The position numbers and the translations under genes were made by a program. From positions 102,032 through 166,031 of the forward strand of contig JAKFBU010000076.1 in assembly GCA_036676985.1 (NCBI GenBank): DNA of 64,000 nucleotides, given 5' to 3'. The notes beneath the pieces were generated by a model. The model worked only from the letters and a program-made list of their open reading frames with translations. It did not search any database and was not told the DNA's origin. Source of the stretch: Candidatus Sericytochromatia bacterium (GTDB lineage Bacteria > Cyanobacteriota > Sericytochromatia > S15B-MN24 > UBA4093). How positions within the stretch are numbered: the stretch's first letter is position 1; each line of letters starts with the position of its first letter. Below are positions 9,892 to 19,498 of the stretch, in pieces.

Positions 9892-11265
9892 ATGACCCTG
9901 AAGTACCAATCCCAGAAGGTCGCCTACTGGTTCTTCCTGTCGGCCGTCCTGCTCCTCGGCCTGCAGATCGTCTACGGCTTCATCATGGGCTTCGCGCACA
10001 TGGGCTACGACGTCCTGCACAACCTCATTCCCTTCAACACGGCCCGCGCCGTGCACACGAACCTCCTGGTCGTCTGGCTGTTGCTGGGCTTCATGGGAGC
10101 CGCCTACTTCATCATCCCCGAGGAGTCGGAACGCGAGCTCTTCTCGGTGCCCATGGCCTACGTCCAGCTGGTCAGCTTCCTGGTGGTCGGCGTCATCGCG
10201 CTGGCGGGCTATCACGTCAACTGGTGGGAGGGCCGCAAGTTCCTCGAGATCCCGCGGCCCCTCGACTACCTGGTCGTGGTGAACGTGCTCATGTTCCTGG
10301 CGAACATCGGGCTCACCATGTGGAAGGCTCCGCGCTTCAGCACCACGGGGACGGTCCTCTACGGCGGCCTCTTCTCGGCGGCGCTCCTCTACCTGCCCGG
10401 CATGATCACCTTCGACAACCAGACCCTCGACAGCTACTTCCGCTGGTGGGTCGTCCACCTGTGGGTGGAGGGCGTCTGGGAGCTCATCATGGGCGGTATC
10501 CTCAGCTTCCTCTTGATCAAGCTCAGCGGCGTGGACCGCGAGGTCATCGAGAAGTGGCTGTTCGTCATCGTCGGCATCACCTTCCTCTCGGGCATCCTCG
10601 GCACCGGTCACCACTACTTCTACATCGGTGCTCCCAAGTACTGGCTGATGATCGGCGGCATCTTCAGCGCCCTCGAGCCCCTGGCGTTCCTCGGCATGGC
10701 GATCTACGCCGTGGCGATGGCCCGCCGCGGCGGCGCCAAGCACCCGAACCAGTCGGCGCTCAACTGGACGATCGGCTGCGCCATCATGTCCTTCGTGGGC
10801 GCGGGCTTCCTGGGCTTCGCCCACACCCTGCCCGCCGTGAACATGTACACCCACGGCACCCTCGTCACGGCCATGCACGGCCACCTGGCCTTCTGGGGCG
10901 CCTATGCGATGATCAACTTCGCGGTCATCCTGTACGCGCTGCCGCAGCTCACCGGTCGCAAGCTCTTCGACAGCCCCGTCGATGTGGCGGCCTTCTGGTG
11001 CTCGAACATCGGCATGGTCGCCATGACGACGGCCTTCGGGGTGGCGGGCGTGACCCAGGTCTACCTGGAGCGCAAGATGGGCCTGGACTTCCTCCTGGTC
11101 CAGAAGGAGCTGCACCCGCACTTCCTCGGTCTGGTCTTGGCCGCGAGCCTGTTCACGCTGGGCATCGGCCTGTACATCTTCCAGTTCTTCCGGTACGGCA
11201 TGCCCGTGGCGGAGGCGCGGAAGGCGGCCAATCTGCCCGCCGGGACGAAGGAAGCCCTGGGCTAG
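9892..11265 (+). CDS. norB: Nitric oxide reductase subunit B (cNOR)
   Basis: VHTNL, WWVVHLWVEGVWEL, GTGHHYF, HGHLAFWGAY. Confidence 0.97.
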   Translation: MTLKYQSQKVAYWFFLSAVLLLGLQIVYGFIMGFAHMGYDVLHNLIPFNTARAVHTNLLVVWLLLGFMGAAYFIIPEESERELFSVPMAYVQLVSFLVVGVIALAGYHVNWWEGRKFLEIPRPLDYLVVVNVLMFLANIGLTMWKAPRFSTTGTVLYGGLFSAALLYLPGMITFDNQTLDSYFRWWVVHLWVEGVWELIMGGILSFLLIKLSGVDREVIEKWLFVIVGITFLSGILGTGHHYFYIGAPKYWLMIGGIFSALEPLAFLGMAIYAVAMARRGGAKHPNQSALNWTIGCAIMSFVGAGFLGFAHTLPAVNMYTHGTLVTAMHGHLAFWGAYAMINFAVILYALPQLTGRKLFDSPVDVAAFWCSNIGMVAMTTAFGVAGVTQVYLERKMGLDFLLVQKELHPHFLGLVLAASLFTLGIGLYIFQFFRYGMPVAEARKAANLPAGTKEALG

Positions 11266-11328
11266 TGCTCCGGAGCCGGCCCCCCGGAGGGGGCCGGCTC
11301 TTCCTATATATAGAACGGAGAACGCGAG

Positions 11329-12108
11329 ATGCTCGAAACCCCCACTTACTACCGCGAGGTCGGCCGGGAGGCCGAGGTCTTCCGCCTGGCGTCCGAGCAG
11401 CGGCTGCCGCTCCTGCTCAAGGGCCCCACGGGCTGCGGCAAGTCGCGCTTCGTGGAGGCCATGGCCGAGCGGCTGGGGCGTCCCCTCGTCACCATCGCGT
11501 GCAACGAGGACACGACGGCGAGCGACCTCCTGGGCCGGCACCTGATCCTGGGCGGGGACACGGTCTGGGTGGACGGTCCTCTCACCAAGGGCGTCCGCGA
11601 GGGGGCCATCGTCTACCTGGACGAGTTCCTCGAGGCGCGGGCGGACACGCTGGTGGTCATCCACTCGCTGACGGATCACCGGCGGCGGCTGTACCTGGAC
11701 CGCCTCAACGAGGTAATCCAGGCGCCCGCGGAGTTCATGCTGGTGGTGTCGTACAACCCGGGCTACCAGCAGGGCTTCAAGGAGCTCAAGCCTTCGACGC
11801 GTCAGCGCTTCTTGGCGTTGAACTTCGAGTACCCGGACTCCGAGGTGGAGGCCGAGATCGTGGTGGCCGAGACGGGCGTCAAGCCGGAGGCCGCGCGGCA
11901 GCTGGTCAAGCTCGCGGGCAAGATCCGCAACCTCACGCACCTGGGCCTCTCGGAGGCGCCCTCGACACGGCTCCTGGTGGGTGCGGCCAAGCTCATCGCC
12001 ACGGGCCTGCCGCCCCGCATGGCCTGCCATGTGGCCATCGTGAACGCGCTCTCGGACGATCCGGAGGTCACCTCCAACCTGCAGGACCTCGCGGACTTGC
12101 ACTTCTAG
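11329..12108 (+). CDS. norQ: NorQ/CbbQ MoxR-type AAA+ ATPase
   Basis: KGPTGCGKS, YLDE, SYNPGYQ, LKPSTRQRF, PSTRLL. Confidence 0.93.
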   Translation: MLETPTYYREVGREAEVFRLASEQRLPLLLKGPTGCGKSRFVEAMAERLGRPLVTIACNEDTTASDLLGRHLILGGDTVWVDGPLTKGVREGAIVYLDEFLEARADTLVVIHSLTDHRRRLYLDRLNEVIQAPAEFMLVVSYNPGYQQGFKELKPSTRQRFLALNFEYPDSEVEAEIVVAETGVKPEAARQLVKLAGKIRNLTHLGLSEAPSTRLLVGAAKLIATGLPPRMACHVAIVNALSDDPEVTSNLQDLADLHF

Positions 12109-12144
12109 CTCCGGAAAGCCCTCGTTACCGGGGATTGCCGCTCC

Positions 12145-12238
12145 CCGTCATTCTCGCGAAGGCGGGAATCCAGGGTCGCCAACCCCGGCGGCTGCCGTAC
12201 CGAGCTGCTCTGGACCCCCGCTTTCGCGAGGGTGACGG
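12145..12238. repeat. REP-like palindromic element (GTCATTCYCGCG...GCGGGAATCCAG family)
   Basis: cgtcattctcgcgaaggcgggaatccag ... ctggacccccgctttcgcgagggtgacg inverted pair; siblings at 16798 and 21804. Confidence 0.8.
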
Positions 12239-12295
12239 AGGCGTCAGCCGCCGACTGAATGGATTGCTACCGGCACTTACAAGGGGAGGCCATCC

Positions 12296-14068
12296 ATGGC
12301 CAAGAAAGCCTTCACCGTCAACTTCGACCTCGACCTACACCTGCTCATCTGGCAGGGCTTCAGCCGTACCTGGCAGTGGGTCACCCGCGACCCCGGTCTC
12401 AACCGCCGCCAGGAGGCGGGCATCCCGCTCGCCGACCACCGCGAGCGCCTGCAAGTCCTCGCCCGTGCCCTCTCGGGCCTGCCCCTGCTCGTCCGACCCA
12501 CCACCGACCTGCCCGGCACCGACGGCCGCCACCTCCTCCTGCCCGAGCGCGCCGAATTCTTCGAGGACCCGGCCTACAACCTCATGGTCCTCAAGCTCCT
12601 CACGGTCGTCCTCGCCGAGGCCGCGCGCACCGAGCGCTTCGCCGACCAGGCCGGCCCCGATCCCGTGGGCCTCGCCTGGGCGCGTGAGGTACTTGCGACC
12701 TATCCCGGTCTCGCAGTGCCCCTCGAGGCCTACGAGGCCGCCGAAGTCTCACGCCTGAAGCGCTCCGCCTGGGATCCCGTCCCCGAGGAGGGCCTCCCGC
12801 CCGCCCTCGCCTACCGCCTCATGCCCAGGCTCCAGGGCCTGTCCCCGGGGGTGGGGGCCGCGGGCAGCGAGAAACCGCAGCAGGCCATCGAGGGCACCGA
12901 GGCCGAAGCCCCCGTGCAGGAGGACGTGAAGCGCACCTCCATCGACAAGGAAGCGCAGGAAGAGTACACCCTCCACCACAACTTCGAGAAGGTCGAGACC
13001 CTGGACGAGTACCGGGGCAGCGCCCGGGACTTCGACGGCGCCGACGACATGGACGAGCAGCTCGAGGCCATGCGCGAGCTCAAGATGAACGAGGTCATCC
13101 GCGTCGACGACGCCGTGCACTCGGTCTACCGCGCCGAGCTGCTCATGGGGGACAGCGCGGGCGATGCCGCCGACGCGGGTGCGGGCGGCATCCCCTACGA
13201 CGAGTGGGATCCCAAGAAACGCGCCTATCGCAAGGACTGGTGCCGCGTCTTCGTCCGCCCCTTCACCGAGCGGAACCCCGACTGGTACGCCGAGCAGCTC
13301 GCGAAGCAGGCTGCCGTGGTGCGCCGGCTCAAGAAGGCCATGGAGCGCGCGCTGGGGGCCAACGAGCAGGTGCGGCGCCGGAAGGAGGGCCCGGAGCTCG
13401 ACCTGAACGCCGTCGTGGACAACCAGGTCCGGATTCATGCGGGCCAGAGCCCGCTCGACGAGATCTACCTCGACCACCAGAAGCGCAAGCGGGACCTGGC
13501 GGTCCTGGTCCTTCTGGACACGAGCCTCTCGACGGACGCCTACGTGGACAACCGCCGGGTGCTGGACGTCTGCAAGGAGACGCTCCTGGTGCTCACCGAG
13601 GTGTGCGCCCACTTCAAGGACCGGCTCGAGATCGCGGCCTTCCACAGCCACACCCGCAACCAGGTCTTCTATCGACCGCTCAAGGCGTTCCACCAGGGCT
13701 GGGGCCACGTGAAGCCGCTGATCGGGGCCCTGGAGCCCCAGGGCTACACCCGCATCGGTCCGGCCCTGCGGCATGCCACCGAGCGCCTCCTCACCCAGCA
13801 GGCGAAGCACCGCGTGCTCTTGCTGCTCAGCGACGGCAAGCCCAACGACTACGACCGATACGAGGGGCGCTACGGCATCGGGGACATCCGCCAGGCCATC
13901 CGTGAGGCGGAGGCCCGGGGCGTGCACGTCCATGCGCTCGCGGTCGACAAGCAGGCGCGCGACTACCTGCCCCAGATGCTCGGCTCGCAGCGCTTCTCCA
14001 TCCTGCGCCACCCGCAGGACCTGCCCGAGGCCTTGAGCACGTTCATGGTCAAGCTGACGGCCCGGTGA
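12296..14068 (+). CDS. norD: NorD vWA-domain NO reductase activation protein
   Basis: YDEWD, LLDTSLST MIDAS, GYTRIGPALRHA, LSDGKPNDYDRYEGRYGI. Confidence 0.92.
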   Translation: MAKKAFTVNFDLDLHLLIWQGFSRTWQWVTRDPGLNRRQEAGIPLADHRERLQVLARALSGLPLLVRPTTDLPGTDGRHLLLPERAEFFEDPAYNLMVLKLLTVVLAEAARTERFADQAGPDPVGLAWAREVLATYPGLAVPLEAYEAAEVSRLKRSAWDPVPEEGLPPALAYRLMPRLQGLSPGVGAAGSEKPQQAIEGTEAEAPVQEDVKRTSIDKEAQEEYTLHHNFEKVETLDEYRGSARDFDGADDMDEQLEAMRELKMNEVIRVDDAVHSVYRAELLMGDSAGDAADAGAGGIPYDEWDPKKRAYRKDWCRVFVRPFTERNPDWYAEQLAKQAAVVRRLKKAMERALGANEQVRRRKEGPELDLNAVVDNQVRIHAGQSPLDEIYLDHQKRKRDLAVLVLLDTSLSTDAYVDNRRVLDVCKETLLVLTEVCAHFKDRLEIAAFHSHTRNQVFYRPLKAFHQGWGHVKPLIGALEPQGYTRIGPALRHATERLLTQQAKHRVLLLLSDGKPNDYDRYEGRYGIGDIRQAIREAEARGVHVHALAVDKQARDYLPQMLGSQRFSILRHPQDLPEALSTFMVKLTAR

Positions 14069-14107
14069 GGAGGGGCGCCGGCGCGGACGCCGGCGCCCCC
14101 CGATGGG

Positions 14108-15058
14108 CTAGTTGCTTCCCGTGGTGCCGGCCGGGGTGCTGCTCGTGGCGTCACTCAAGCCGTCCCCCGCGCTACCGCCCGGAGCGCCGTCCATGGGGCC
14201 GTCCGCGCCGTCATCCGCGCCGCCGCCCATGCCCATGTCCGCTTCCATGTCCCGGTGCAGCCGGCGGAGCTGGTGCATGTAGGAGCGCATGTTGGCGACC
14301 AGCTGCTGACGCTGGACCCGGTTGAGCGTCGCGATCCACTCGACGGTCGGCTGGACGTTCTCGGTGGTCAGGACGCTCTCGATGCTCGAGCGCAGCGCCG
14401 CCTGGTTACCGTCGGTCATGAAGGTCGTGATGGCCGCGCGCATGGTGTCGAACTTGCGCTCGTCGGAAATCTCGTCCTGCTCCTTGAGCTCCTGGAGGGC
14501 CGCGCTCTGCTCGGGCGTCAGGTTCATGTTGGCCGAGATCGCGGCGACCCCCTGATCCCGCATGCGGTCCATGGCGTTCTTGATCGCGTCCGCGTTCTCG
14601 TTGAGCAGCGTGCCAACGCGCTGCCGCTGCTCGGGCGTTAGGACCTCGCGGATCTCGCTCGCCTTGGCGACCTTGCGGGGGACCCTGGCTCGGAAGGCCG
14701 TCACCATGTCGTTGATGGCTTCCGTGATGCCGGCCGGGTCCACGGTCTCGGCGGAGATCATCCGGCCGAGCATGCGCAGCTGCGCCTTGAGGGCCTGTTT
14801 GGCCTCAGGATCCCGGTGGCGCTGCTTGATGGCCCGGAGCTGGGCCCGCTGCGCGTCGGTCAGGTTGAGGGCTGCCGCCATGGCCCGGTGCAGCTGCCGG
14901 AACTCCTCGGCGGACTGATCGACTTGCAGCTGCGCGCTCGGTGCGGTGACGGTCGAAGCAGGGGCGTTCGGCTGGTTCGGGTGCTGGCCGCAGCCGGCGA
15001 GCTGGACGGTCGCGGCGGTCACGGCCGTGGCGAGGCAGACGAGGGTCTTGCGTGTCAT
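14108..15058 (-). CDS. Spy/CpxP-like lipoprotein with LTxxQ repeats
   Basis: Lipobox LAGC; LNLTDAQR, VLTPEQR, NLTPEQ motifs. Confidence 0.7.
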   Translation of the reverse strand: MTRKTLVCLATAVTAATVQLAGCGQHPNQPNAPASTVTAPSAQLQVDQSAEEFRQLHRAMAAALNLTDAQRAQLRAIKQRHRDPEAKQALKAQLRMLGRMISAETVDPAGITEAINDMVTAFRARVPRKVAKASEIREVLTPEQRQRVGTLLNENADAIKNAMDRMRDQGVAAISANMNLTPEQSAALQELKEQDEISDERKFDTMRAAITTFMTDGNQAALRSSIESVLTTENVQPTVEWIATLNRVQRQQLVANMRSYMHQLRRLHRDMEADMGMGGGADDGADGPMDGAPGGSAGDGLSDATSSTPAGTTGSN

Positions 15059-15229
15059 GGGCGCTCTCCTCTAGAAAGGCTCGGCAGGTTCGTTCTGCCG
15101 GAGGCGAGTCAGACGATAGAGCGCCATGTCGTTTTTTTGTACGCGAGTCCAACCTAAATCCCCGCGGCCGATTAGTCGCTCGCCAGGGAGGTCGAAGAGC
15201 GAGGGCTCGGGCGGAAAGGAGGCGCCTGC

Positions 15230-16486
15230 TCAGCGAGCGGTGGCTCGCCTCCATGCGGTCCGGACGTTGAGCAAGATCGAGAGCCAGCCCAGGAGGCCGA
15301 AGGCGCCGAAGACCGGCAGGAGCTGACCGTTGCTCGAGGAAAGAGCGATCGTGCCTCCGGCCACGGCCACCTGCAGGGCGCCGAAGGCGAGCCACGAGAG
15401 GCGCGCGTCCAGGAGGTCGATGGGGCGGGTCTCGTCGTCCTCGCCCCTGGCCACGGTGGCCAGGAGGCGGATGCCGATGTGGTGGAGGTAGCCGTTCACC
15501 GACAGGCCCATCCACCCGACGAGCGCCACGTAGGCGAGGGCCGCCTGCAGGTCCGCGCGACCGGCGGTGACGGCGAGGCCGAGGCCGACCGTGGCCAGGA
15601 GGTAGACGAGGGTTGAGGCGACGTAGGCGATGGGCGGCTTGTGGTCGTTGGGCGCGCCGAGGATCAGTCGGATCATGTCGATCAGGTAGCAGACGGCGGC
15701 GATCGCCACCAGCCCCATGCCGAGCCACCGCACGGCAGGATGGGCGATGCCCGGGATGAGCCCCAGCACGAGCACGCCCGCGCCGATGGTGAAGCCCGCC
15801 GAGACGAAGGCGTGCAGCGGCAGCTTGGTGCGGCGGCGGCCCGTGATGGGGAAGATGGTGCGGGTCGAGACGCCGAAGATGAGCAGGCTGAGCCAGCCGC
15901 CGCCCGCGAGGATGGCGTGGATGGGCGGCAGGTGGACGAGCGCTGCGGGCCACGGGGCCCCGGCGAGCGCCCAGGCCATGGTCACGCCGAGCACGGCCGC
16001 GAGGGCCAGGGAGCCGAGGACCGTCAGGAAGCCCGTCTTGAAGGGCGTCTTGAGCTCGGGCGTCGGCTTGAAGCTCAGGATGGTCAGGACGGCGGGCCCC
16101 ATGAAGCCCGCGAGCCCGAGGGCGATCAGGCTGGAGCCCAGGGCGAGCGCCCAGGGTTGCACCAGGGCGAAGCCCAGGACCAACGTGGCGATGCCGATGC
16201 CGAAAGGCAGCAGGGACCAGCGGGCGAGGCCCTCGAGCTTCCAGTCGACGTCCATGAAGCCCGGGATCACGTGCACCAGGACGCCGAGGGCCGTCATGGT
16301 GAGCCAGCCGAGGGCCACCATGTGGATCCAGGCGAGGCCCGGCATGCTGAGGCCGGGGGTGGATGGCCAGGCCGTGAGGATGAGGAACAGCCAGGAGAGG
16401 CCCTGGGCCGCTTGCCCCGCGATGAGGGAAGCCGGCGGGATCCAGGGGCGATCGGGAGGCTTGGGGGCCATCTGCAGGGGAATCAT
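15230..16486 (-). CDS. Polytopic membrane protein with conserved His (heme-copper oxidase/NnrS-like), function unknown
   Basis: ~12 hydrophobic segments; WIHMVALGW, PIHAILAGGGW; ATG 16486 with GGAG RBS and an upstream motif box. Confidence 0.7.
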   Translation of the reverse strand: MIPLQMAPKPPDRPWIPPASLIAGQAAQGLSWLFLILTAWPSTPGLSMPGLAWIHMVALGWLTMTALGVLVHVIPGFMDVDWKLEGLARWSLLPFGIGIATLVLGFALVQPWALALGSSLIALGLAGFMGPAVLTILSFKPTPELKTPFKTGFLTVLGSLALAAVLGVTMAWALAGAPWPAALVHLPPIHAILAGGGWLSLLIFGVSTRTIFPITGRRRTKLPLHAFVSAGFTIGAGVLVLGLIPGIAHPAVRWLGMGLVAIAAVCYLIDMIRLILGAPNDHKPPIAYVASTLVYLLATVGLGLAVTAGRADLQAALAYVALVGWMGLSVNGYLHHIGIRLLATVARGEDDETRPIDLLDARLSWLAFGALQVAVAGGTIALSSSNGQLLPVFGAFGLLGWLSILLNVRTAWRRATAR

Positions 16487-16566
16487 GGGGGAGGCTCCAT
16501 TTCCAGAGTCGGCGCGTGCCGCTCGTCGGTGGCTCCTAGAGCCTACCATGGGTCCCCCGAAGCCTC

Positions 16567-16582
16567 TATGAGATGCCTCATG
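16567..16582 (-). promoter_or_regulatory. Crp/Fnr-type box TATGAG-ATGC-CTCATG with minus-strand extended -10 TGG-TAGGCT (16545-16540)
   Basis: Motif copy at class II spacing. Confidence 0.75.
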
Positions 16583-16640
16583 GGTAGATTACGGATAAAT
16601 TACGGATGCCGGGCACTGTAGGTCAAGGGTATCGTTAGAA

Positions 16641-16765
16641 ACGTGGCAGGGAAACGCCCTGACGCAAGAGGCAGGAACGGCCTCGGCTCCCCTTGGCCGA
16701 AGCCGCGCAAAGCCCCCGACGTGCGGAGAACAGCAGCCGACGCACATCGGGGGCTTTGCACTTTC
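16641..16765 (+). ncRNA. Candidate orphan small RNA with GGA-loop hairpins and a terminator
   Basis: -10 TATCGT at 16630; hairpins GGC-AGGGAAAC-GCC and GAGGC-AGGAACG-GCCTC; long GCAAAGCCCCCGA...TCGGGGGCTTTGC stem followed by ACTTTCT. Confidence 0.35.
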
Positions 16766-16797
16766 TCCGCATTTTCGCCAGTTCAGACGCCTGTTGG

Positions 16798-16901
16798 CGC
16801 TCCCGTCACTCTCGCGCAAGCGGGGGTCCAGAGCAGTGCTATCCCGCTGCTACCGACGTCGGCGACGCTGGATTCCCGCTTCCGCGGGAATGACGGGAGC
16901 G
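16798..16901. repeat. REP-like palindromic element
   Basis: cgctcccgtcactctcgcgcaagcgggggtccag ... ctggattcccgcttccgcgggaatgacgggagcg. Confidence 0.8.
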
Positions 16902-16936
16902 GCGATTCGTGTCTTTCTTGGTGATTCGGAAGCGCC

Positions 16937-17365
16937 CTACTCGGCGGAGATCAGCCCGGCCTGGATCAGGCCCTGGCGGCCCGTCTCCGAGAGCCGCAGG
17001 CCGGTGCCCTCCCGCACGATGATCCCCTCGCGCTCGAGCCACTCGCGCAGGAGGGTGCCCAGGTAGGCGCCCACGTGCTCGTGCTGCTGGCCGAGATGGA
17101 CCTCATGGCAGAGCGCCACCGGCTTGCGGGCCGAGGTCTCGAGCAGCTCCACCGCCACGCCCCAGTTGGCCAGCCCCTGGCGCCCGGCGAGCGTCAGCTC
17201 GGCGTCGACGGGGTGATCGCCCATGCGCTCGACGGTGATCCACTCCTTGGCGATGAGCCACTGGCACAGCTGGTCGGCCAGCACGCCCGAGAGATGGCCA
17301 TAGCAGGAGCTCACCTCGGGGCGAGGCTTGCGGTGAGAGCTCGAGCGGTCCTGGGCACTGTTCAT
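16937..17365 (-). CDS. Protein resembling the C-terminal half of CYxHLxG-type ArsR-family regulators, lacking the N-terminal HTH
   Basis: SCYGHLSGVL, LTLAGRQGL, HVGAYLG, LSETGRQGL. Confidence 0.55.
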   Translation of the reverse strand: MNSAQDRSSSHRKPRPEVSSCYGHLSGVLADQLCQWLIAKEWITVERMGDHPVDAELTLAGRQGLANWGVAVELLETSARKPVALCHEVHLGQQHEHVGAYLGTLLREWLEREGIIVREGTGLRLSETGRQGLIQAGLISAE

Positions 17366-17553
17366 GGGGGGTCACGTCCTCATCTGCGCATCCATGGGCC
17401 ATTATACTCGCTTCTGCCCGGCCCGGCGCCTTTCTTAAGCGAACTTACGATCCCGGGCCCGCGACCGGAGATCGCGCGCCGGGGACGCATACGCTAAAAT
17501 TCCGCCGGATGGGTACGATATCAGTGGGTTTATGCTCTCACGGGGGTTGTGAT

Positions 17554-18930
17554 ATGGCAACGGAGGAGATTTCGCCGGATCAGGCGGCGAAAGAATCAGG
17601 CGGCAAGAGCCCTCCACCGACCATCCGGGTCTCGATCCGCGAGGGCACCGCGGCCTACGTCGAGATCCTCCCGCCCGTGCCCGTCGAGGAGCGCTACCTG
17701 CGCCAGGTCCTCACCGAGCATGGGGTCGTCGCGGGCTTGCTGGACGACAAGATCGCGGACGTGGCGGCCTTTCCGCCCCAGGAGGCGGCGCTGGTCGCGC
17801 AGGGTCGCCCGGCCGCGCGCGGCGAGGACGCCCGCATCGAGTACTTCTTCATGCAGTCGAACTCGCCCCATCCCAAGGAGCAGGTCGACGGCCGCGTCGA
17901 TCACCGCGAGGTCAGCGGGGTGGACAACGCCTATCCCGGCCAGGTGCTGGCCCGCAAGATCCCTCCGACGGACGGCACCGAGGGCCTCTCGGTCAAGGGG
18001 GACACCCTCCCCGCCCAGAAGGGCAAGGATGTGAACCTCCTGCCCGGCAAGAACGTGCAGATCTCGGCGGACGGCATGGAGATCACGGCGAGCATCGCCG
18101 GCCTGCCCCTCCTGGACAAGGGCCGCGTCTCGGTCCTGGCCCTCATGGAGGTGCAGGACATCGACTTCTCGACGGGCAACATCAGCTTCGAGGGCACCCT
18201 GCGGGTGCGCGGGAACGTGTTGCCCGGCTTCCACGTGCAGGCCACCGAGGACATCGAGGTGGACGGCTTCGTCGAGGGCGCCTTCCTCAAGGCGGGCCGC
18301 GACGTGAAGGTCAAGGGCTCGTGCCGGGCCAAGTCCCACGTCGAGGCCGAGCGGGACATCCTGGTCCACTACGTCGACTCGGAGACGGTGCTGCGCTCGG
18401 GCGGCTCCATCACCATCGAGACGGACTCGGTCCACGGCCTGCTCGAGGCCCGCCATCGGATCTCCGTCAAGCGGGTCCTGGTGGGGGGCATGGCCAAGGC
18501 GGGCGAGTCGGTGGACGCCCGGATCATGGGGGCCGTGAGCGAGACGCCCACCCGGATCGAGGTGGGGATCGCGGACGTCGACGCCCAGGTCGAGGCCCTG
18601 CAGGCCGAGATCGAGGAGACGCAGGCGAGCTACGACAAGCTGAGCTCGGAGCTCAAGGACGCCATGGCGGGTACCCACACGCCGGAGAAGATCCAGGCGA
18701 GTCGCCGCGCCCTGCAGGCCAAGGTCGCCATGGAGCGCAAGCTGAGCGTCTTGAACACGCGGCGTCAGGAGCTCGAGCACTACCATCCGGACCTGGTGGT
18801 CAAGGCGCACGACCGGGCCTTCGGCGGTTGCCTCGTGATCATGGGCGGCGTCTACCACCACGTCCACAACAAGGTGCTCGCTCCGAGGTTCCACCTGGTG
18901 GACGGGTTCGTCGAGGTGTCGGGTCCATGA
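17554..18930 (+). CDS. FapA/DUF342 family protein (flagellar assembly protein A-like)
   Basis: GEDARIEY, GRVDHRE, DIDFSTGNISFEG, beta-helix-like repeats, coiled coil. Confidence 0.82.
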   Translation: MATEEISPDQAAKESGGKSPPPTIRVSIREGTAAYVEILPPVPVEERYLRQVLTEHGVVAGLLDDKIADVAAFPPQEAALVAQGRPAARGEDARIEYFFMQSNSPHPKEQVDGRVDHREVSGVDNAYPGQVLARKIPPTDGTEGLSVKGDTLPAQKGKDVNLLPGKNVQISADGMEITASIAGLPLLDKGRVSVLALMEVQDIDFSTGNISFEGTLRVRGNVLPGFHVQATEDIEVDGFVEGAFLKAGRDVKVKGSCRAKSHVEAERDILVHYVDSETVLRSGGSITIETDSVHGLLEARHRISVKRVLVGGMAKAGESVDARIMGAVSETPTRIEVGIADVDAQVEALQAEIEETQASYDKLSSELKDAMAGTHTPEKIQASRRALQAKVAMERKLSVLNTRRQELEHYHPDLVVKAHDRAFGGCLVIMGGVYHHVHNKVLAPRFHLVDGFVEVSGP

Positions 18931-19160
18931 CCCTTGTCACACCTAACGAAGATTTCAACTGAATTTGTTCCGGCGACGCGGCGATTTAGCAAAAAGCCAA
19001 CGCTCCTGAGGAACAATGAGGCTATGGTAGCTGCCAAGCAGACGGGATCCCGGCCGGACGGAATCGGGTCTGCCAAGAATCACGCGAGGGGCCCCCGTCC
19101 GGCCGGGGGCCCCTCGACATTTGCGCCGCCCCGGCCACGCAGGCCGGGGCGGCGTGCTTG

Positions 19161-19463
19161 CTAGCGCCCCATCAGGGCCTTGCGGGCGGTGGGCTCGATG
19201 AGGTCCGGCGACCAGGCCGGATCCCAGACCAGCTTCACCTCGACGTCCGTGACGCCCGCGAGCTCCTTGGCGGCCGTCTCGACGCCGTGGATGATGTGGG
19301 GGCCGAGCGGGCAGCCCCGCGAGGTGAGCGTCATGTCGACGAAGACCTTGCCCGCCTCGTCGATGGCGACCTCGTAGACCATGCCCAGGGTGATGATGTC
19401 CAGGCCGATCTCGGGGTCGATGACCGCCTTCAGGGCGTTGCGGACGGCTTCTTCGGTTGGCAT
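19161..19463 (-). CDS. DUF59/SufT-like metal-sulfur cluster assembly factor
   Basis: VIDPEIGLDIITLGMVY...TLTSRGCP...VWDPAWS. Confidence 0.9.
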   Translation of the reverse strand: MPTEEAVRNALKAVIDPEIGLDIITLGMVYEVAIDEAGKVFVDMTLTSRGCPLGPHIIHGVETAAKELAGVTDVEVKLVWDPAWSPDLIEPTARKALMGR

Positions 19464-19498
19464 GGGTTACTCCTTCCAGAGGGCTCGCGCGGAGCCGG

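Noticed and set aside
18975-19120. c-di-GMP-I riboswitch-like words (GCAAAAAGCC...CTATGGTAGC) or an sRNA after fapA
   Set aside because: No P1/GNRA architecture and no downstream gene on that strand; the hairpins are explained by a terminator between convergent genes
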